DNA from: an uncultured delta proteobacterium
GTDB lineage: Bacteria > Desulfobacterota > Binatia > UBA9968
DNA: 64,000 bases
Assembly (NCBI GenBank): GCA_963816145.1
Contig: CAWFJP010000029.1
Location: 32,001 to 96,000 of the forward strand
Direction: 5' to 3'
A program made the position numbers and the translations under genes. Positions 29,604 to 42,563 of the stretch are shown in pieces (positions within the stretch are counted from its first letter, which is position 1; every line of letters starts with the position of its first letter). Below the pieces are notes generated by a model, which worked only from the letters and a program-made list of their open reading frames with translations, did no database searches and had not been told where the DNA came from.

Positions 29604-30434
29604 TTACTTTTTCTGCGGGATTTCCAACGGCAGATCCGTGCGGTCGCCCCATTCCTTCCAGGAGCCGATGTAGTTGCGCACTTTCGGATATCCCAGCATT
29701 CGCAGGGCGATGTAGCCGTGCGCCGCGCGGTAGCCGCCTTGGCAGTAGGAGTAGACTTCTTTGTCCGGTGTGATGCCGGCTTTTTCGTACATCGTTTTCA
29801 AGTCTGCATTCGATTTGAACTTGCCGTCGGTATCGAGGTTGTCGGTCCATTCGATGTGGATCGAATGCGGGATCGCGCCACCCCGGGCGGCTCGTACCAG
29901 TGTGCCGAAATGTTCGCCGTCGCTGCGGGTGTCGAGGATGGCCGTGTCCTTTTTATCGAGGGAGCGCAAAACGTCGTTCGCTGTCGCGAGGACTTCGCGT
30001 CGTTCGGCGGTTTTGAACGACGCGGCTTTGGGCACTGTCGCCGCGCTCGTCACCGGCGCGCCGGCGGCCGTCCAGGCTTGCATGCCGCCGTCGAGCATTT
30101 TCACGTTCGGATGGCCGAAGTACTCCAAGAACCAAACGCCGCGCGCCGCGCGCATGCCGGAGTTATCTTCGTAGAAGACGATTTCCTTTGCCTCGCTGAC
30201 GCCGCGCAGTTCAAGCACATGGTGGATCATGAACATAAAGGATTTGAGCGGCGCGTCGCCGGTGTCGACCAGACTCAGGCCGAAGAGATCGAAATGAGTG
30301 GCGCCGGGAATATGCCCCTTGGCGTAGTCTTCCGCTGGTCGGGTGTCGATGACGCAGAGATTGGCGGAGCCGAGTTTGCTCTGTAGTTGAGCGACCGTGA
30401 TGAGCAACGTGTCGCGGGTGTATTGCTTTTCCAT
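29604..30434 (-). CDS. Tandem-domain rhodanese sulfurtransferase
   Basis: YAKGHIPGA, LDGG, catalytic loop YCQGGYRA, YIGSWKEW. Confidence 0.92.
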   Translation of the reverse strand: MEKQYTRDTLLITVAQLQSKLGSANLCVIDTRPAEDYAKGHIPGATHFDLFGLSLVDTGDAPLKSFMFMIHHVLELRGVSEAKEIVFYEDNSGMRAARGVWFLEYFGHPNVKMLDGGMQAWTAAGAPVTSAATVPKAASFKTAERREVLATANDVLRSLDKKDTAILDTRSDGEHFGTLVRAARGGAIPHSIHIEWTDNLDTDGKFKSNADLKTMYEKAGITPDKEVYSYCQGGYRAAHGYIALRMLGYPKVRNYIGSWKEWGDRTDLPLEIPQKK

Positions 30435-30458
30435 AGGCTCCCTATAACACTAGTCGAA

Positions 30459-31604
30459 ATGACACTGCAAATTATGCCGGCGCGAAAAAGTCTGCGACGA
30501 TTATCCTTGCTCACGCTCGGCCTGATCAGTTGCTGGCTAACGGCGGCAAGCTTCACCTATCAGCTTGCCTTGCCGGGGCGGAAACTGAGTTTCCCAGCCG
30601 ATCACTATTCCCATCCCGACTTCAAAACCGAATGGTGGTACTACACCGGCCATTTAGAATCAGAAAGCGGTAAACGCTACGGCTATCAGGTGACGTTCTT
30701 CCGCTTCGGCTTGCGCGAGCGACAGAACGAGTTAAAAAACGCGCCGCTCTTCAGCGAGCTTTATATGGCTCACTTCGCCCTGTCGGATCTGGTCGCGAAG
30801 AAATTTACCTTCCGTGAGCGCATCAATCGTGGCATCGCCGGCAAGGCCGGCGTGCGCGGCGACGGTGATAAAGCGGGCGCGGCGACGAATCGCATTTTGG
30901 TTTGGAACGAAGATTGGAAACTTATCGGCGATGATCGCAATCACGGGATCCAAGTGAATGATCGGGGCAGGCAGTTACGCGTGAACCTAAAATCTCTCAA
31001 AGCGCCGGTCCTCCATGGTCAAAATGGCTTGAGCCAGAAGGGCGAAGGCGAGGGGCGAGCGTCTTACTACTATTCTCTGACACGCATGCAAACCGAAGGC
31101 GAGTTGACCGTCAACGGCAAATCCGAGAAAGTCCGCGGCCTCACCTGGATGGACCACGAGTTCGGCAGCAATCAATTGCGTGAAGATCAAGTCGGCTGGG
31201 ATTGGTTCAGCATCCAGCTCGATAATCAAACCGAGTTGATGCTCTACCTCATGCGCCGCAAAGACGGCTCGGTCGATCCGTATTCCAGCGGCACACTCGT
31301 GGGTGCCGATGGGACGACAAAAAACTTATCGAACAAAGATTATCGGATCGACGTACTTGAACGCTGGAAGAGCCCGTCGAGCGGGGCGACTTACCCGATG
31401 AAGTGGAAAGTGACCGTCCCCTCGGAATCCATTGAGCTAGAGATTGTACCGGCATTTCCTGACCAAGAATTAATCACCAACCGCAGCACAAGAGTGACCT
31501 ATTGGGAGGGTGCGGTGCAGATTGGTGGAACTGCACGCGGCAAATCGGTTAGCGGCAACGGTTATGTCGAGTTGACGGGATATGCGGGAAAGTTGACGAT
31601 TTAA
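30459..31604 (+). CDS. AttH/lipocalin-like (carotenoid 1,2-hydratase family) protein
   Basis: FPADH..HP..KTEWWYYTG, ASYYYS, WMDHEF, GWDWFS, YWEG, GYVELTGY. Confidence 0.9.
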   Translation: MTLQIMPARKSLRRLSLLTLGLISCWLTAASFTYQLALPGRKLSFPADHYSHPDFKTEWWYYTGHLESESGKRYGYQVTFFRFGLRERQNELKNAPLFSELYMAHFALSDLVAKKFTFRERINRGIAGKAGVRGDGDKAGAATNRILVWNEDWKLIGDDRNHGIQVNDRGRQLRVNLKSLKAPVLHGQNGLSQKGEGEGRASYYYSLTRMQTEGELTVNGKSEKVRGLTWMDHEFGSNQLREDQVGWDWFSIQLDNQTELMLYLMRRKDGSVDPYSSGTLVGADGTTKNLSNKDYRIDVLERWKSPSSGATYPMKWKVTVPSESIELEIVPAFPDQELITNRSTRVTYWEGAVQIGGTARGKSVSGNGYVELTGYAGKLTI

Positions 31605-31610
31605 TCGCAG

Positions 31611-33032
31611 ATGAATCGCGCCGAAAAACTCGTCAGTACCGTAGCCCGGCGAGGCTTGCTCATTGCCGGCGACCGCATTCTAGTCGCCGTCTCCGGCGGA
31701 CCGGATTCGGTGGCGTTGCTGGATGTGTTGCATGAGTTGCGCGACGAGTTCGCGCTTCATCTGGAAGTGGCGCATTTGCAGCATGGGATTCGCGGGGACG
31801 AGGCCAGGGATGACGCGCGCTTTGTTGGCGGGCTGGCTGAAAAGCTCGGTCTTACCGTTCACCTCAAAGAAATCGACCTGCCGGAGCTTCGGGCTCGCGC
31901 CGGCAAAGGAAATATCGAGGCAATGGCGCGGCAGCAGCGCTATCGATTTTTCACCGACATCGCGCAACAGCGGGGGCTCAGCAAGATCGCGACGGCACAT
32001 ACGCAAGATGATCAGGCTGAAACCATGCTGATGTGGCTGCTGCGCGGGGCAGGGCGGAAGGGGTTGGGCGGGATGAGTCCGGTGCAATCGCTCGATACGC
32101 GAGCCGATGTTTTGGCGCACGGCTTGCAAGTTATTCGGCCATTTCTCGAAATTCCCAAGGTGGAGATTCTCGAATATCTACGCGAACGGCAATTTGAGTA
32201 TCGCGTCGATTCGACCAATCGCGAAACTAAACTTTTACGCAATTGGATACGTCTGGAGCTGTTGCCGCAGTTGCGCGACCGGATCGATGGCCGGGTTGGC
32301 GCGCGGTTGGCGGAGCAGTCGGCTATGTTGCGCGATGAGCAGGCGGTGCTCGACCAGGTTGCCTTTGCCGAGTTGGCAAAATGCCGGCGCGGCAACGGGC
32401 TGGATCGAGTTCAGTTCTTACAGCAGCCGGTTGCCTTGCAACGGCTGATTCTCAGATATTGGATCGAGGGGTGGCGCGGTAACTTGCGGGGAATCGATTT
32501 CGCGCACATCGAGGCTGGGCGCGAGTTGGCTGCGACTGGCCCGGCGCACGGACGGCTGGCGATCCCCGGTGGATGGGAGTTGCGGCGGCAATATGATTCG
32601 CTGTCGCTGGCGCGGCGCGAACGTGGGCTTCAACCCATTTGTTATATCTATCCCTTAAAGCTTGGTGAAACGTTGCAAATCCGTGAGGCTAACGTCGAAT
32701 TGATTAGCACAACAATGGCGCCACCGGATAGCCGAGTAGTCGCGGATTTGACGGAAGCCTGTTTCGACCGCGATGGGCTGCCGGAGCAGTTGATTGTGCG
32801 GAACTTTCGGCGCGGCGATTGGTTTGAACCGCTAGGGATGAGCGGCCACAAGAAGATCAAAGACTTGTTTATCGATCGCAAGGTCGCGCTGTCGGAGCGG
32901 GCGAAATTGCCGATCTTGATCGGTGGCGACCAGGTTCTTTGGATTCCCGGCCATGGTCGCAGCCGGACCGCCTTGGTGACCCCTGCGAGCCGCGCTGTTG
33001 TACGAATTAAAGTAGTCCCTTTAGGTACTTAG
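31611..33032 (+). CDS. tilS: tRNA(Ile)-lysidine synthetase
   Basis: AVSGGPDS, EAMARQQRY, TAHTQDDQAET, RNWIR. Confidence 0.96.
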   Translation: MNRAEKLVSTVARRGLLIAGDRILVAVSGGPDSVALLDVLHELRDEFALHLEVAHLQHGIRGDEARDDARFVGGLAEKLGLTVHLKEIDLPELRARAGKGNIEAMARQQRYRFFTDIAQQRGLSKIATAHTQDDQAETMLMWLLRGAGRKGLGGMSPVQSLDTRADVLAHGLQVIRPFLEIPKVEILEYLRERQFEYRVDSTNRETKLLRNWIRLELLPQLRDRIDGRVGARLAEQSAMLRDEQAVLDQVAFAELAKCRRGNGLDRVQFLQQPVALQRLILRYWIEGWRGNLRGIDFAHIEAGRELAATGPAHGRLAIPGGWELRRQYDSLSLARRERGLQPICYIYPLKLGETLQIREANVELISTTMAPPDSRVVADLTEACFDRDGLPEQLIVRNFRRGDWFEPLGMSGHKKIKDLFIDRKVALSERAKLPILIGGDQVLWIPGHGRSRTALVTPASRAVVRIKVVPLGT

Positions 33033-33107
33033 TTAGAAAAACTCATATTGATCGGCTAGCATGCGTGTGTTAGACTTTCGCTTGTTGCAAAATCTGGGAG
33101 AACTCGA

Positions 33108-34943
<1,836 letters not shown>

Positions 34944-35101
34944 TTAGGTTCATTCCGGGTGGCTTTGGCCACCCACACTCCACCGATCAATTCATCTGCG
35001 ATTCGAGGGCTCGATCATCGCGCCGTTGGGTCGGTTTTGCTGTTTTTTGAAATCCGGGCGCGAACTTTTCTCAACGCATCGAACCATTCCTGATTCTAAC
35101 C

Positions 35102-36025
35102 ATGTCACCGAGCAATCCCGCAGATCTCAATGCCACCGTGAGCCAGTTCAATCCCTTGCTGCCAGCCGCCGGGCAAGCTAATCGCGAACTCAAAACACGC
35201 CATGGCCGGATCGACTTTACGCACCGCACGGCGGTGATGGCAGTGCTCAACGTCACACCGGACTCCTTCTATGACGGCGGCCGTCACTTCGATGCCGGCC
35301 GGGCGATCGCCGACGGTGTTACGATGGCGCAGGCGGGCGCTGACATCATCGACATCGGCGGTGAATCTTCGCGACCCGGCGCCGCGCCGGTGTCAGAGGC
35401 CGACGAACTGGCGCGCGTGATTCCAGTCATTCAAGGCCTGCGCCTGCAGTGCGCGCTGCCGATCTCCATCGATAGTTACAAAGAACCGGTTGCCCGCGCC
35501 GCCATCGATGCCGGTGCCGATATCGTCAATGACATCAGTGCTCTGGGTTTCGATCCGGCAATGGCGCCGCTGGTCGCCAACGAAAAAGTCCCGGTGGTGT
35601 TGATGCACATGCGCGGCACGCCGCGGACCATGCAAGCCGATCCCCAGTACACCGATGTCGTGCGCGAGGTGAGAGACTTTCTCGCCGAACGGCTCTACGA
35701 CGCCATGGATGCCGGCATTGACGCCGACTCCATCTTGCTCGATCCGGGCATCGGTTTCGGTAAGACCGTCGATCACAACCTTCAATTGCTGCGCGGGCTA
35801 TCGATTCTCGGCGCGCTTGGCCAGCCGCTGCTGGTCGGGGTCTCGCGCAAAAATTTCATCGGCAAGATTCTCGGATTGGCCCCGGACCAACGGCTCGAAG
35901 GCAGTTTAGCCGCAGCCGTGGCGGCGGTGCTGGGCGGTGCGAATATCATCCGTGTCCACGATGTGGCGGAAACCTGCCGCGCGGTGCGCGTGGCCGACGC
36001 GCTGCGCTTTGGCTTTCACGGGTAA
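35102..36025 (+). CDS. folP: Dihydropteroate synthase
   Basis: LNVTPDSF.DGG, IGGESSRPG, DPGIGFGK, SRK, RVHDV. Confidence 0.97.
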   Translation: MSPSNPADLNATVSQFNPLLPAAGQANRELKTRHGRIDFTHRTAVMAVLNVTPDSFYDGGRHFDAGRAIADGVTMAQAGADIIDIGGESSRPGAAPVSEADELARVIPVIQGLRLQCALPISIDSYKEPVARAAIDAGADIVNDISALGFDPAMAPLVANEKVPVVLMHMRGTPRTMQADPQYTDVVREVRDFLAERLYDAMDAGIDADSILLDPGIGFGKTVDHNLQLLRGLSILGALGQPLLVGVSRKNFIGKILGLAPDQRLEGSLAAAVAAVLGGANIIRVHDVAETCRAVRVADALRFGFHG

Positions 36026-36036
36026 CCGAGGCCGGA

Positions 36037-36795
36037 ATGCTAGAGCTGCTGCACCAAATCCGCTGGCAAGACGCGCTCGACATCGGCATCATCACATTTC
36101 TCGTCTACCGGGCGCTGCAGATCGTGCGCGGCAGCCGGGCCATGCAGATGATTATCGGTTTGGCGGTTATTCTGGTCGCCTACGTGTCATCGCGCATTCT
36201 CGGCCTGTTCACCCTCAACTGGATTCTCGATAACTTCTTGAGTTCGATCATCTTGGTGATCATCGTGATCTTTCAGAGCGATATTCGGCGCGCGCTCACA
36301 CAGGTCGGTACCGCGCCCTTGTTCTCGACGCTGGAGCGTTCCGAACAACGCCGGGAAGACGTCGTCGAAGAAGTCGCCCAGGCGGCGATGTCGCTCGCCA
36401 GTAAACGTGTTGGCGCTTTAGTGGTCTTTCAACGGGATGTCGGCCTGAGCGAATTCATGGAGATCGGCACACGTCTCGACGCTTGGGTCAGCCGCGAGTT
36501 GTTGGAAAGCGTGTTCCTGCCCCATTCGCCAATCCATGATGGCGCGCTGGTGATTCACAAAGGCCGGGTGACCGCGGTGCGCTGCTTGCTGCCTCTGAGC
36601 ACCAATCCGCACCTGCGCAAGAGCTGGGGCACGCGCCATCGCGCTGCCCTCGGCGTCACCGAGGAAACCGATGCGGTGGCGGTGGTGGTGTCGGAGCAAG
36701 AAGGCACGGTGGCGCTGGTGGTCGGCGGCAATGTGACGGAAAATATCGACGGCGCCAGACTGCGCTCGGCGTTGCGGGATTTGATCAAGGCATGA
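36037..36795 (+). CDS. cdaA: Diadenylate cyclase CdaA
   Basis: Three N-terminal TMs, HDGA and GTRHRAA motifs. Confidence 0.95.
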   Translation: MLELLHQIRWQDALDIGIITFLVYRALQIVRGSRAMQMIIGLAVILVAYVSSRILGLFTLNWILDNFLSSIILVIIVIFQSDIRRALTQVGTAPLFSTLERSEQRREDVVEEVAQAAMSLASKRVGALVVFQRDVGLSEFMEIGTRLDAWVSRELLESVFLPHSPIHDGALVIHKGRVTAVRCLLPLSTNPHLRKSWGTRHRAALGVTEETDAVAVVVSEQEGTVALVVGGNVTENIDGARLRSALRDLIKA

Positions 36796-37721
36796 AACAG
36801 CTCTGGGAAAGGATCGTCGCGCTGGCCGGCAGTAATTTCGGTCTCAAGGCACTGGCTTTGACCATCGCCGTGGGGCTTTGGCTTGCAGGCCACCGCGATA
36901 TCGAGCGCTCCATCGAGGTGCCGGTGGAGTTTCGCAATATTCCCAGCGATCTCATGGTCATGGATAATCGCGTCGATTTCGTCGTGTTGCGGGTTACCGG
37001 CCCGCGCACCTTAGTGTCGACCATCGATGCCGACGAGCTGAAGTTGTTATTAGATGTCAACACCGCCAAGCCCGGCACTGTCAGCTATCCTCTAGCCGGC
37101 AGTTCGTTCAATATCCCGCGCGGCGTGAGCGTGGCGCGGATTACCCCGCCGGTGATCCATCTACGCATGGAGCCGGTGATCAAGTTGACCTTGCCGGTCT
37201 CGGTTCGCACTTCCGGCAAGCCGGCGGCGGGTTTCCGCATATCTCAAACCCTAGTGCAGCCTGCCCGGGTAACGGTGCAGGGCCCCGCCGAAGAGGTACG
37301 CCGCCTCACCGCGGTGGAAACCGTACCGGTGGATCTCAACGAAACCCGTGGTGTGCCTAAGCGCTTGGCGCGGCTGGCGACCGGCGGCAAACCACTGACG
37401 TTCTCGCCCGATCAAGTGGAGGTATCTGTCACCCTCGAAGAAGAGCAGGTGATTCGCGAATTTGCCCAGGTGGAGATTGGCGCAAAGGATTTTAAGGGAG
37501 TTTACACCATCAATCCCAAAACGATTTTTTTACGTGTTTCCGGTCCCAAAAATCTCGTCGACAAGTTAGAATTGAGTTCCGTGAGCGTATTTGTGAAATT
37601 GCAGGGCTTGACCGTTGGTGATCATAATCTGCCACCGCAGTTCGATCTGCCGAATGGCGTCAAAGTCGTCGAACACAAACCGGCGAAGGTGCGGGTCAAA
37701 ATTGCCAAACCGGCAGCATGA
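36792..37721 (+). CDS. cdaR: CdaR/YbbR-domain regulator
   Basis: N-terminal TM plus repeated V.V.GP YbbR units, located between cdaA and glmM. Confidence 0.9.
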   Translation: MKQLWERIVALAGSNFGLKALALTIAVGLWLAGHRDIERSIEVPVEFRNIPSDLMVMDNRVDFVVLRVTGPRTLVSTIDADELKLLLDVNTAKPGTVSYPLAGSSFNIPRGVSVARITPPVIHLRMEPVIKLTLPVSVRTSGKPAAGFRISQTLVQPARVTVQGPAEEVRRLTAVETVPVDLNETRGVPKRLARLATGGKPLTFSPDQVEVSVTLEEEQVIREFAQVEIGAKDFKGVYTINPKTIFLRVSGPKNLVDKLELSSVSVFVKLQGLTVGDHNLPPQFDLPNGVKVVEHKPAKVRVKIAKPAA

Positions 37722-39193
37722 ATCCAGGCGGGAGCGTTATAACGATGAATCAACCACGAGCGCTAAACAGTAAACCCAAACGGCACCTCTTCGGCACAGA
37801 TGGTGTGCGCGGCGTCGCCAATCAAGAACCCATGACCTCGGAGATGGCGCTTAAGCTCGGCCGCGCGATCGCAAAGGTTTTGTCTGAATCCGAGCGAGAT
37901 CTGCCTGGCCGCATGCCGTCGCCGGCGTTCGCCCGGCGCAATGGCGAGACTGACAAACATCGGTTCAAGATTCTCATCGGCAAGGACACCCGCCTGTCCG
38001 GCTACATGCTGGAGACCGCCTTGGCGTCCGGCATCGTTTCTATGGGCGCCGACGTGCTCTTGGTCGGACCGTTGCCGACGCCGGGGGTTGCGTTTCTCAC
38101 CCGCAGCATGCGCGCCGACGCCGGCGTGGTGATCTCGGCGTCGCATAATCCCTATCAAGACAACGGCATCAAGTTTTTCTCATGGGATGGCTTCAAGCTT
38201 CCCGACGAAGTCGAAGCCCGCATGGAGGAAATGATTTTTAGCGGTGAGACCGAAGAGTCCCGCCCGACGGCCGCCGAGATCGGTAAAGCTGCACGAATTC
38301 AGGATGCCGTCGGCCGTTACAATGTATTTCTCAAGAATTGTTTTCCGCGTCATCTAACCTTGGAAGGGTTGAAGATCGTCGTCGACTGCGGTCATGGCGC
38401 GGCTTATAAAGTCGTCCCTGAGGTATTGGCCGAATTGGGTGCCGATGTTTTGCCGATCGGAGTCCAGCCTGACGGTGAAAATATCAATCGGCGCTGCGGC
38501 GCGCTTTATCCCGAAACGGCGCGTGAACTCTTGTTGCACGAGGGCGCCGATTTCGCGGTCGCGTTGGACGGCGACGCCGACCGCGCCGTGTTCGTCGACG
38601 ATACCGGCGAGATTCTTGACGGTGACCAAGTGCTGGCGATCGCCGCTCTCGATATGCAAGAGAAGGGGATACTCAAAGGCAATGGCGTGGTTGCCACGGT
38701 CATGAGCAATTTGGGCCTTGAGCTGGCGATGCGAAGCGCCGGCCTCGGAGTCGTGCGCGCTCAAGTGGGGGATCGCTACGTGGTCGAAAAAATGCTCGCC
38801 GGAAACTTCAATCTCGGCGGCGAACAATCCGGCCATATTCTGTTTCTCGACCACAACAGCACCGGCGACGGCGCCATCACTTGTTTGCAGATGCTGGCTT
38901 TAATGGTCGAGAAGCGCAAACGCTTGAGCGAGCTCAAGACTGTCATGCACCGGTTGCCTCAGGTGCTGCTCAACGTCAAGGTCACGGAAAGAAAAGAGTT
39001 CGACCTGATGCCCAAAGTGAAGCATAAGATCGGCGAGATCGAACGCAGCTTGGCCGGGCGTGGTCGGGTGCTCGTGCGCTATTCCGGAACCGAGCTTTTG
39101 GCTCGCGTGATGCTGGAAGGCGAGGACGGGAAAAAAATCCACGCCATGGCCGAGAGCATCGCCGACGAGATTCGCGCTGAAGTGGGCGAGTAA
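37718..39193 (+). CDS. glmM: Phosphoglucosamine mutase
   Basis: [34 protein letters not shown]. Confidence 0.97.
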   Translation: MNPGGSVITMNQPRALNSKPKRHLFGTDGVRGVANQEPMTSEMALKLGRAIAKVLSESERDLPGRMPSPAFARRNGETDKHRFKILIGKDTRLSGYMLETALASGIVSMGADVLLVGPLPTPGVAFLTRSMRADAGVVISASHNPYQDNGIKFFSWDGFKLPDEVEARMEEMIFSGETEESRPTAAEIGKAARIQDAVGRYNVFLKNCFPRHLTLEGLKIVVDCGHGAAYKVVPEVLAELGADVLPIGVQPDGENINRRCGALYPETARELLLHEGADFAVALDGDADRAVFVDDTGEILDGDQVLAIAALDMQEKGILKGNGVVATVMSNLGLELAMRSAGLGVVRAQVGDRYVVEKMLAGNFNLGGEQSGHILFLDHNSTGDGAITCLQMLALMVEKRKRLSELKTVMHRLPQVLLNVKVTERKEFDLMPKVKHKIGEIERSLAGRGRVLVRYSGTELLARVMLEGEDGKKIHAMAESIADEIRAEVGE

Positions 39194-39226
39194 ACGAGGC
39201 GATGCGCCTTAACCGCGAATAGATTT

Positions 39227-39306
39227 TCACCACGAAGGACACGAAGAACACGAAGTTCGGAGTTGAAATGATCCGAACCCTTCGTGTCCTTCGTGCCTTC
39301 GTGGTG
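39227..39306. repeat. CACGAAG-family REP-like palindrome
   Basis: Three CACGAAG units, a spacer, then three inverted CTTCGTG units. Confidence 0.85.
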
Positions 39307-39364
39307 ATTGAATCCGTTTCAATGTCTGAGTCAATAGACACAAACAGTTGAAGAGTCTAGAACC

Positions 39365-40087
39365 GTGATCCGCTTAGGCGTCAATGTCGACCATGTCGCC
39401 ACGCTGCGCCAAGCGCGCTTGGCGCAGCTTCCTGATCCGGTGGAGGCCGCTCTGCTCGCTGAGAAGGCCGGTGCCAACGGCATCACCGTGCACTTGCGGG
39501 AAGATCGCCGCCATATCCAAGAGCATGACGTGCGCCGGTTGATGGAGCGGGGGAAAACCAAAGTCAATCTCGAAATGGCGGTAACCCAAGCGATGGTGCG
39601 TTTCGCCGAAAGAACGCGGCCCGCGGACGCTTGCTTTGTGCCGGAGAAACGTCAGGAGTTGACCACCGAAGGGGGGCTTAACGTCGTGGCGCACCGGCGC
39701 CAAATAAAAGAAGCGGTTGGCCGGCTGCAAGATCAGGGGATTAACGTGGCGCTGTTCATTGATCCTGCGAAGGACCAGATCGAGTGCGCCAAAGAGTCCG
39801 GCGCTCATGGGATCGAGATCCACACCGGCAGTTATTGTAATGCTAACGGCGCCAAACGAGAGCGAGAGCTGCGCAAGATCGTCGCCGGCGCGCAATTAGC
39901 CAGGCGGCTAGGCCTCGAGGTCCACGGCGGCCATGGTCTCGATTATGTAAATGTCCTGCCGGTTGCCGGCATTCCGGAAGTCGTCGAACTCAATATTGGT
40001 CATAGCATCATCGCCAGGGCGGTAATTGTCGGTATTCAACGAGCCGTGCGCGAGATGAAGCAACTGCTATCTAAAGCGAGAAGGTAA
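39365..40087 (+). CDS. pdxJ: Pyridoxine 5'-phosphate synthase
   Basis: LGVNVDHVATLRQAR, HLREDRRHI, TTEGGL, ELNIGH. Confidence 0.97.
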   Translation: MIRLGVNVDHVATLRQARLAQLPDPVEAALLAEKAGANGITVHLREDRRHIQEHDVRRLMERGKTKVNLEMAVTQAMVRFAERTRPADACFVPEKRQELTTEGGLNVVAHRRQIKEAVGRLQDQGINVALFIDPAKDQIECAKESGAHGIEIHTGSYCNANGAKRERELRKIVAGAQLARRLGLEVHGGHGLDYVNVLPVAGIPEVVELNIGHSIIARAVIVGIQRAVREMKQLLSKARR

Positions 40088-40089
40088 CT

Positions 40090-40192
40090 CGTTCAAACCG
40101 TTCAAATCGTTCAAGTCGTTCAAAACGTTCGATCGGTTTGTTATTCTCCTGCATCAACGGCTTGAACGTTTTGAACGGCTCGAACGTTTTGA
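40090..40192. repeat. CGTTCAA-family inverted tandem repeat
   Basis: Five CGTTC units, then inverted TTGAACG units up to the nnr start codon. Confidence 0.85.
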
Positions 40193-40194
40193 CC

Positions 40195-41742
40195 ATGATT
40201 GTTGTAACGAGTGCGCAGATGCGTGAGTTGGATCGTTTGACGATCCATAAATACGGAACACCGAGCTTGACGCTGATGGAGCGTGCCGGCGAGGGCATCG
40301 CCGCGGCGATTCTCCAACGCTTTGGGCGTCCTGCCAAGAAGGGAGTGTTGATCATCGCCGGAAAAGGTAACAACGGCGGCGATGGTTTCGTAGTTGCGCG
40401 GTTGTTGAAAAAGAAGCGAATCCCGTGCGAAGTCGCACTGCTGGCACGGCGCGATGAACTGGCCCCCGACGCGGCGCATAATCTGCGCGCCTGGTTAAAA
40501 CTCAAAGGTAAAGTTGCCGAGATCGATGCTAAGAATTTGGATTTGCTCAGCCAACGGTGCGCTAAGAACGGTCTGTTGGTAGATGCGATTCTGGGCACCG
40601 GCACGAAAAACGCGATCGGTGGTCTATTCGCCGACGCAATCACGCTGATGAACGCGTCGGGGTTGCCGATTGTTGCTGTCGATATTCCCTCCGGCATGGA
40701 CAGTGACACCGGACATGCGCTTGGCGTGGCAATTCAAGCCGAGATGACGGTGTCACTCGGTTATCCGAAGCTTGGTGAAGTGATTCATCCCGGACTAGCT
40801 CAAGTTGGTGAATTGGTCGTCGCCGACATCGGCATCGATAGCCGCGCGTTGGCTGATGTCGCGCCGCAGATCGAGCTGCTCGATCGCGAAACCGTTGGCT
40901 GGCTCGTGCCGCGGCGCCGGCAGGATTCGCATAAAGGCACTTACGGTCATCTGCTGGTCGTCGCCGGCGCGCGCGGCAAAACCGGCGCGGCGATTTTGTC
41001 CTGTCGCGCCGCGATGCGCGCCGGTGCCGGCCTGGTCACGCTCGCGGCGCCGCGGGCGTTGAATACGATTTTCGCCGGCTCGCTGGTCGAAGTGATGACC
41101 GAGCCCTTAGGTGATGATTCCTCCGAGCAGTTAGAAATGCTCACCGATGCCGATTGGCGGCGCTTGATCGAGCGCAAGAGCGCCTTGCTTTTCGGCCCCG
41201 GTATCGGCGTCAGCGACGCGACACAAAATGCCACACGCTGGCTGTTGAGAAACCTGGACATGCCATGGGTCATCGACGCTGATGGATTAAATAATTTGGC
41301 GCTTGAATTGGACCGCCTGCGCCACGCCAAGACGCCGCCGATTCTCACGCCCCATCCAGGCGAGATGGCGCGACTGATCGGCAACGACAATGCTTTCGTC
41401 AATGCTGACCGCATCGAGGTCGCACGCAACTTCGCCACGGTGCACTGCTGCCATTTGGTTTTGAAGGGCGCGCGCACGGTGATCGCCACGGCTGACGGCA
41501 AGGTCTTCATCAATCCCACCGGCAATCCCGGCATGGCTAGCGGCGGCATGGGCGATGTGTTGGCGGGAATTCTCACTGCGCTGTTAGGGCAGGGACTATC
41601 GCCCGAGGACGCTATGAAGCTCGGTGTCTATCTGCACGGCTATATCGGCGACCGGGTTGCCGAATCCAAGGGGCCCATCGGACTGCTCGCATCGGATATC
41701 ATCGACGGTCTGCCGAGGGCTCTGGCGGAACTCGCGCCGTGA
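40195..41742 (+). CDS. nnr: Bifunctional NAD(P)HX epimerase/dehydratase
   Basis: LMERAG, GKGNNGGDG, DIPSG, HKGTYG, TPHPGE, GGMGDVLAG. Confidence 0.96.
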   Translation: MIVVTSAQMRELDRLTIHKYGTPSLTLMERAGEGIAAAILQRFGRPAKKGVLIIAGKGNNGGDGFVVARLLKKKRIPCEVALLARRDELAPDAAHNLRAWLKLKGKVAEIDAKNLDLLSQRCAKNGLLVDAILGTGTKNAIGGLFADAITLMNASGLPIVAVDIPSGMDSDTGHALGVAIQAEMTVSLGYPKLGEVIHPGLAQVGELVVADIGIDSRALADVAPQIELLDRETVGWLVPRRRQDSHKGTYGHLLVVAGARGKTGAAILSCRAAMRAGAGLVTLAAPRALNTIFAGSLVEVMTEPLGDDSSEQLEMLTDADWRRLIERKSALLFGPGIGVSDATQNATRWLLRNLDMPWVIDADGLNNLALELDRLRHAKTPPILTPHPGEMARLIGNDNAFVNADRIEVARNFATVHCCHLVLKGARTVIATADGKVFINPTGNPGMASGGMGDVLAGILTALLGQGLSPEDAMKLGVYLHGYIGDRVAESKGPIGLLASDIIDGLPRALAELAP

Positions 41743-42037
41743 AATAGTGGAAGAGACGTCCCGCCTCTGCTCCGGCTCTTAAGATCAGCGCCGAGACGTC
41801 ACTGCCCTTTGAAAAGGAGCGTCGACAATGCTGCTTCATCTTTGAGCCAATCGCCTTCGGCAACCGTAAAACCAAGATCCAGCGACAAAGCTAACTCGAT
41901 GATCGGTAAGTCGCGTTCAAGATTGTTGGGATTGAAAGGCTAGGCCCCAGCCTATCTTACCTTTAAGAGTGACCGATGTCCGCGACGTCTACCTCACAAG
42001 TTGGCCCAACGGCAGCGATTTGTAGTAAGCTCAATTC

Positions 42038-42265
42038 ATGAGTTGGATCGTTTCGGACAATGAACATTTGTGCGGCCGGCCTCGGGTTAGCGACACGCGG
42101 ATCGCCGTTTCACTTCTTTTGGAGTGGCTTGCAGCGGGCATGACCATCGCTGAAATTGTCGCCGAGTCCCCCAGCCTTACGGAGGAATCCATTCGCGGGA
42201 CACTCACAGAACTAGCTCACTCCGACTTCCTCGTGGAAAATCCTTCTCGACGAGAACATGCCTGA
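42038..42265 (+). CDS. DUF433 antitoxin
   Basis: CGRPRVSDTRIAV..LLEWLAAGMT..EI...P.L. Confidence 0.85.
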   Translation: MSWIVSDNEHLCGRPRVSDTRIAVSLLLEWLAAGMTIAEIVAESPSLTEESIRGTLTELAHSDFLVENPSRREHA

Positions 42266-42563
42266 ATCCTTGGTGCCCGCGCTACGGCGCCTTGGGCATC
42301 AGGTTGATTCAATCAATCCCCTCGGACTCAAAGGCATTGCGGACACAACGCTTTATCGTGAGATAGCCAAGGATTATGACCTTTGCTTTTCACGGGATAT
42401 CGGGTTCGCTCATAACGTCCGCCAGATGCGAGAACCGCTCGCTGTGAAAGTCCTACACGTCGTTTTATCGCAGCAACGAACGGAACATTTCGTGCCATTG
42501 TTTGTCCAAGCTTTTGAACAATCCGATTGGTCCAACTACGATAACGGCTCCGATTGGCCATAG
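42234..42563 (+). CDS. DUF5615 PIN-like toxin (start apparently displaced by a 1-nt indel)
   Basis: GTG(G)AAA ATC CTT CTC GAC GAG AAC ATG reads MKILLDENMP...LRRLGHQV...SRD..F. Confidence 0.75.
   Translation, partial: WKILLDENMPESLVPALRRLGHQVDSINPLGLKGIADTTLYREIAKDYDLCFSRDIGFAHNVRQMREPLAVKVLHVVLSQQRTEHFVPLFVQAFEQSDWSNYDNGSDWP

Noticed and set aside
40138-40194. N-terminal extensions of nnr, lysC (47427), cysE (50407) and rnc (53519) in the ORF track
   Set aside because: They are translations of intergenic repeats or overlaps with the upstream gene; the conserved starts lie downstream.
41790-41935. Short minus-strand open frame (NNLERDLPIIELALSLDLGF...)
   Set aside because: No start codon or recognisable family; at most an unassignable gene remnant.
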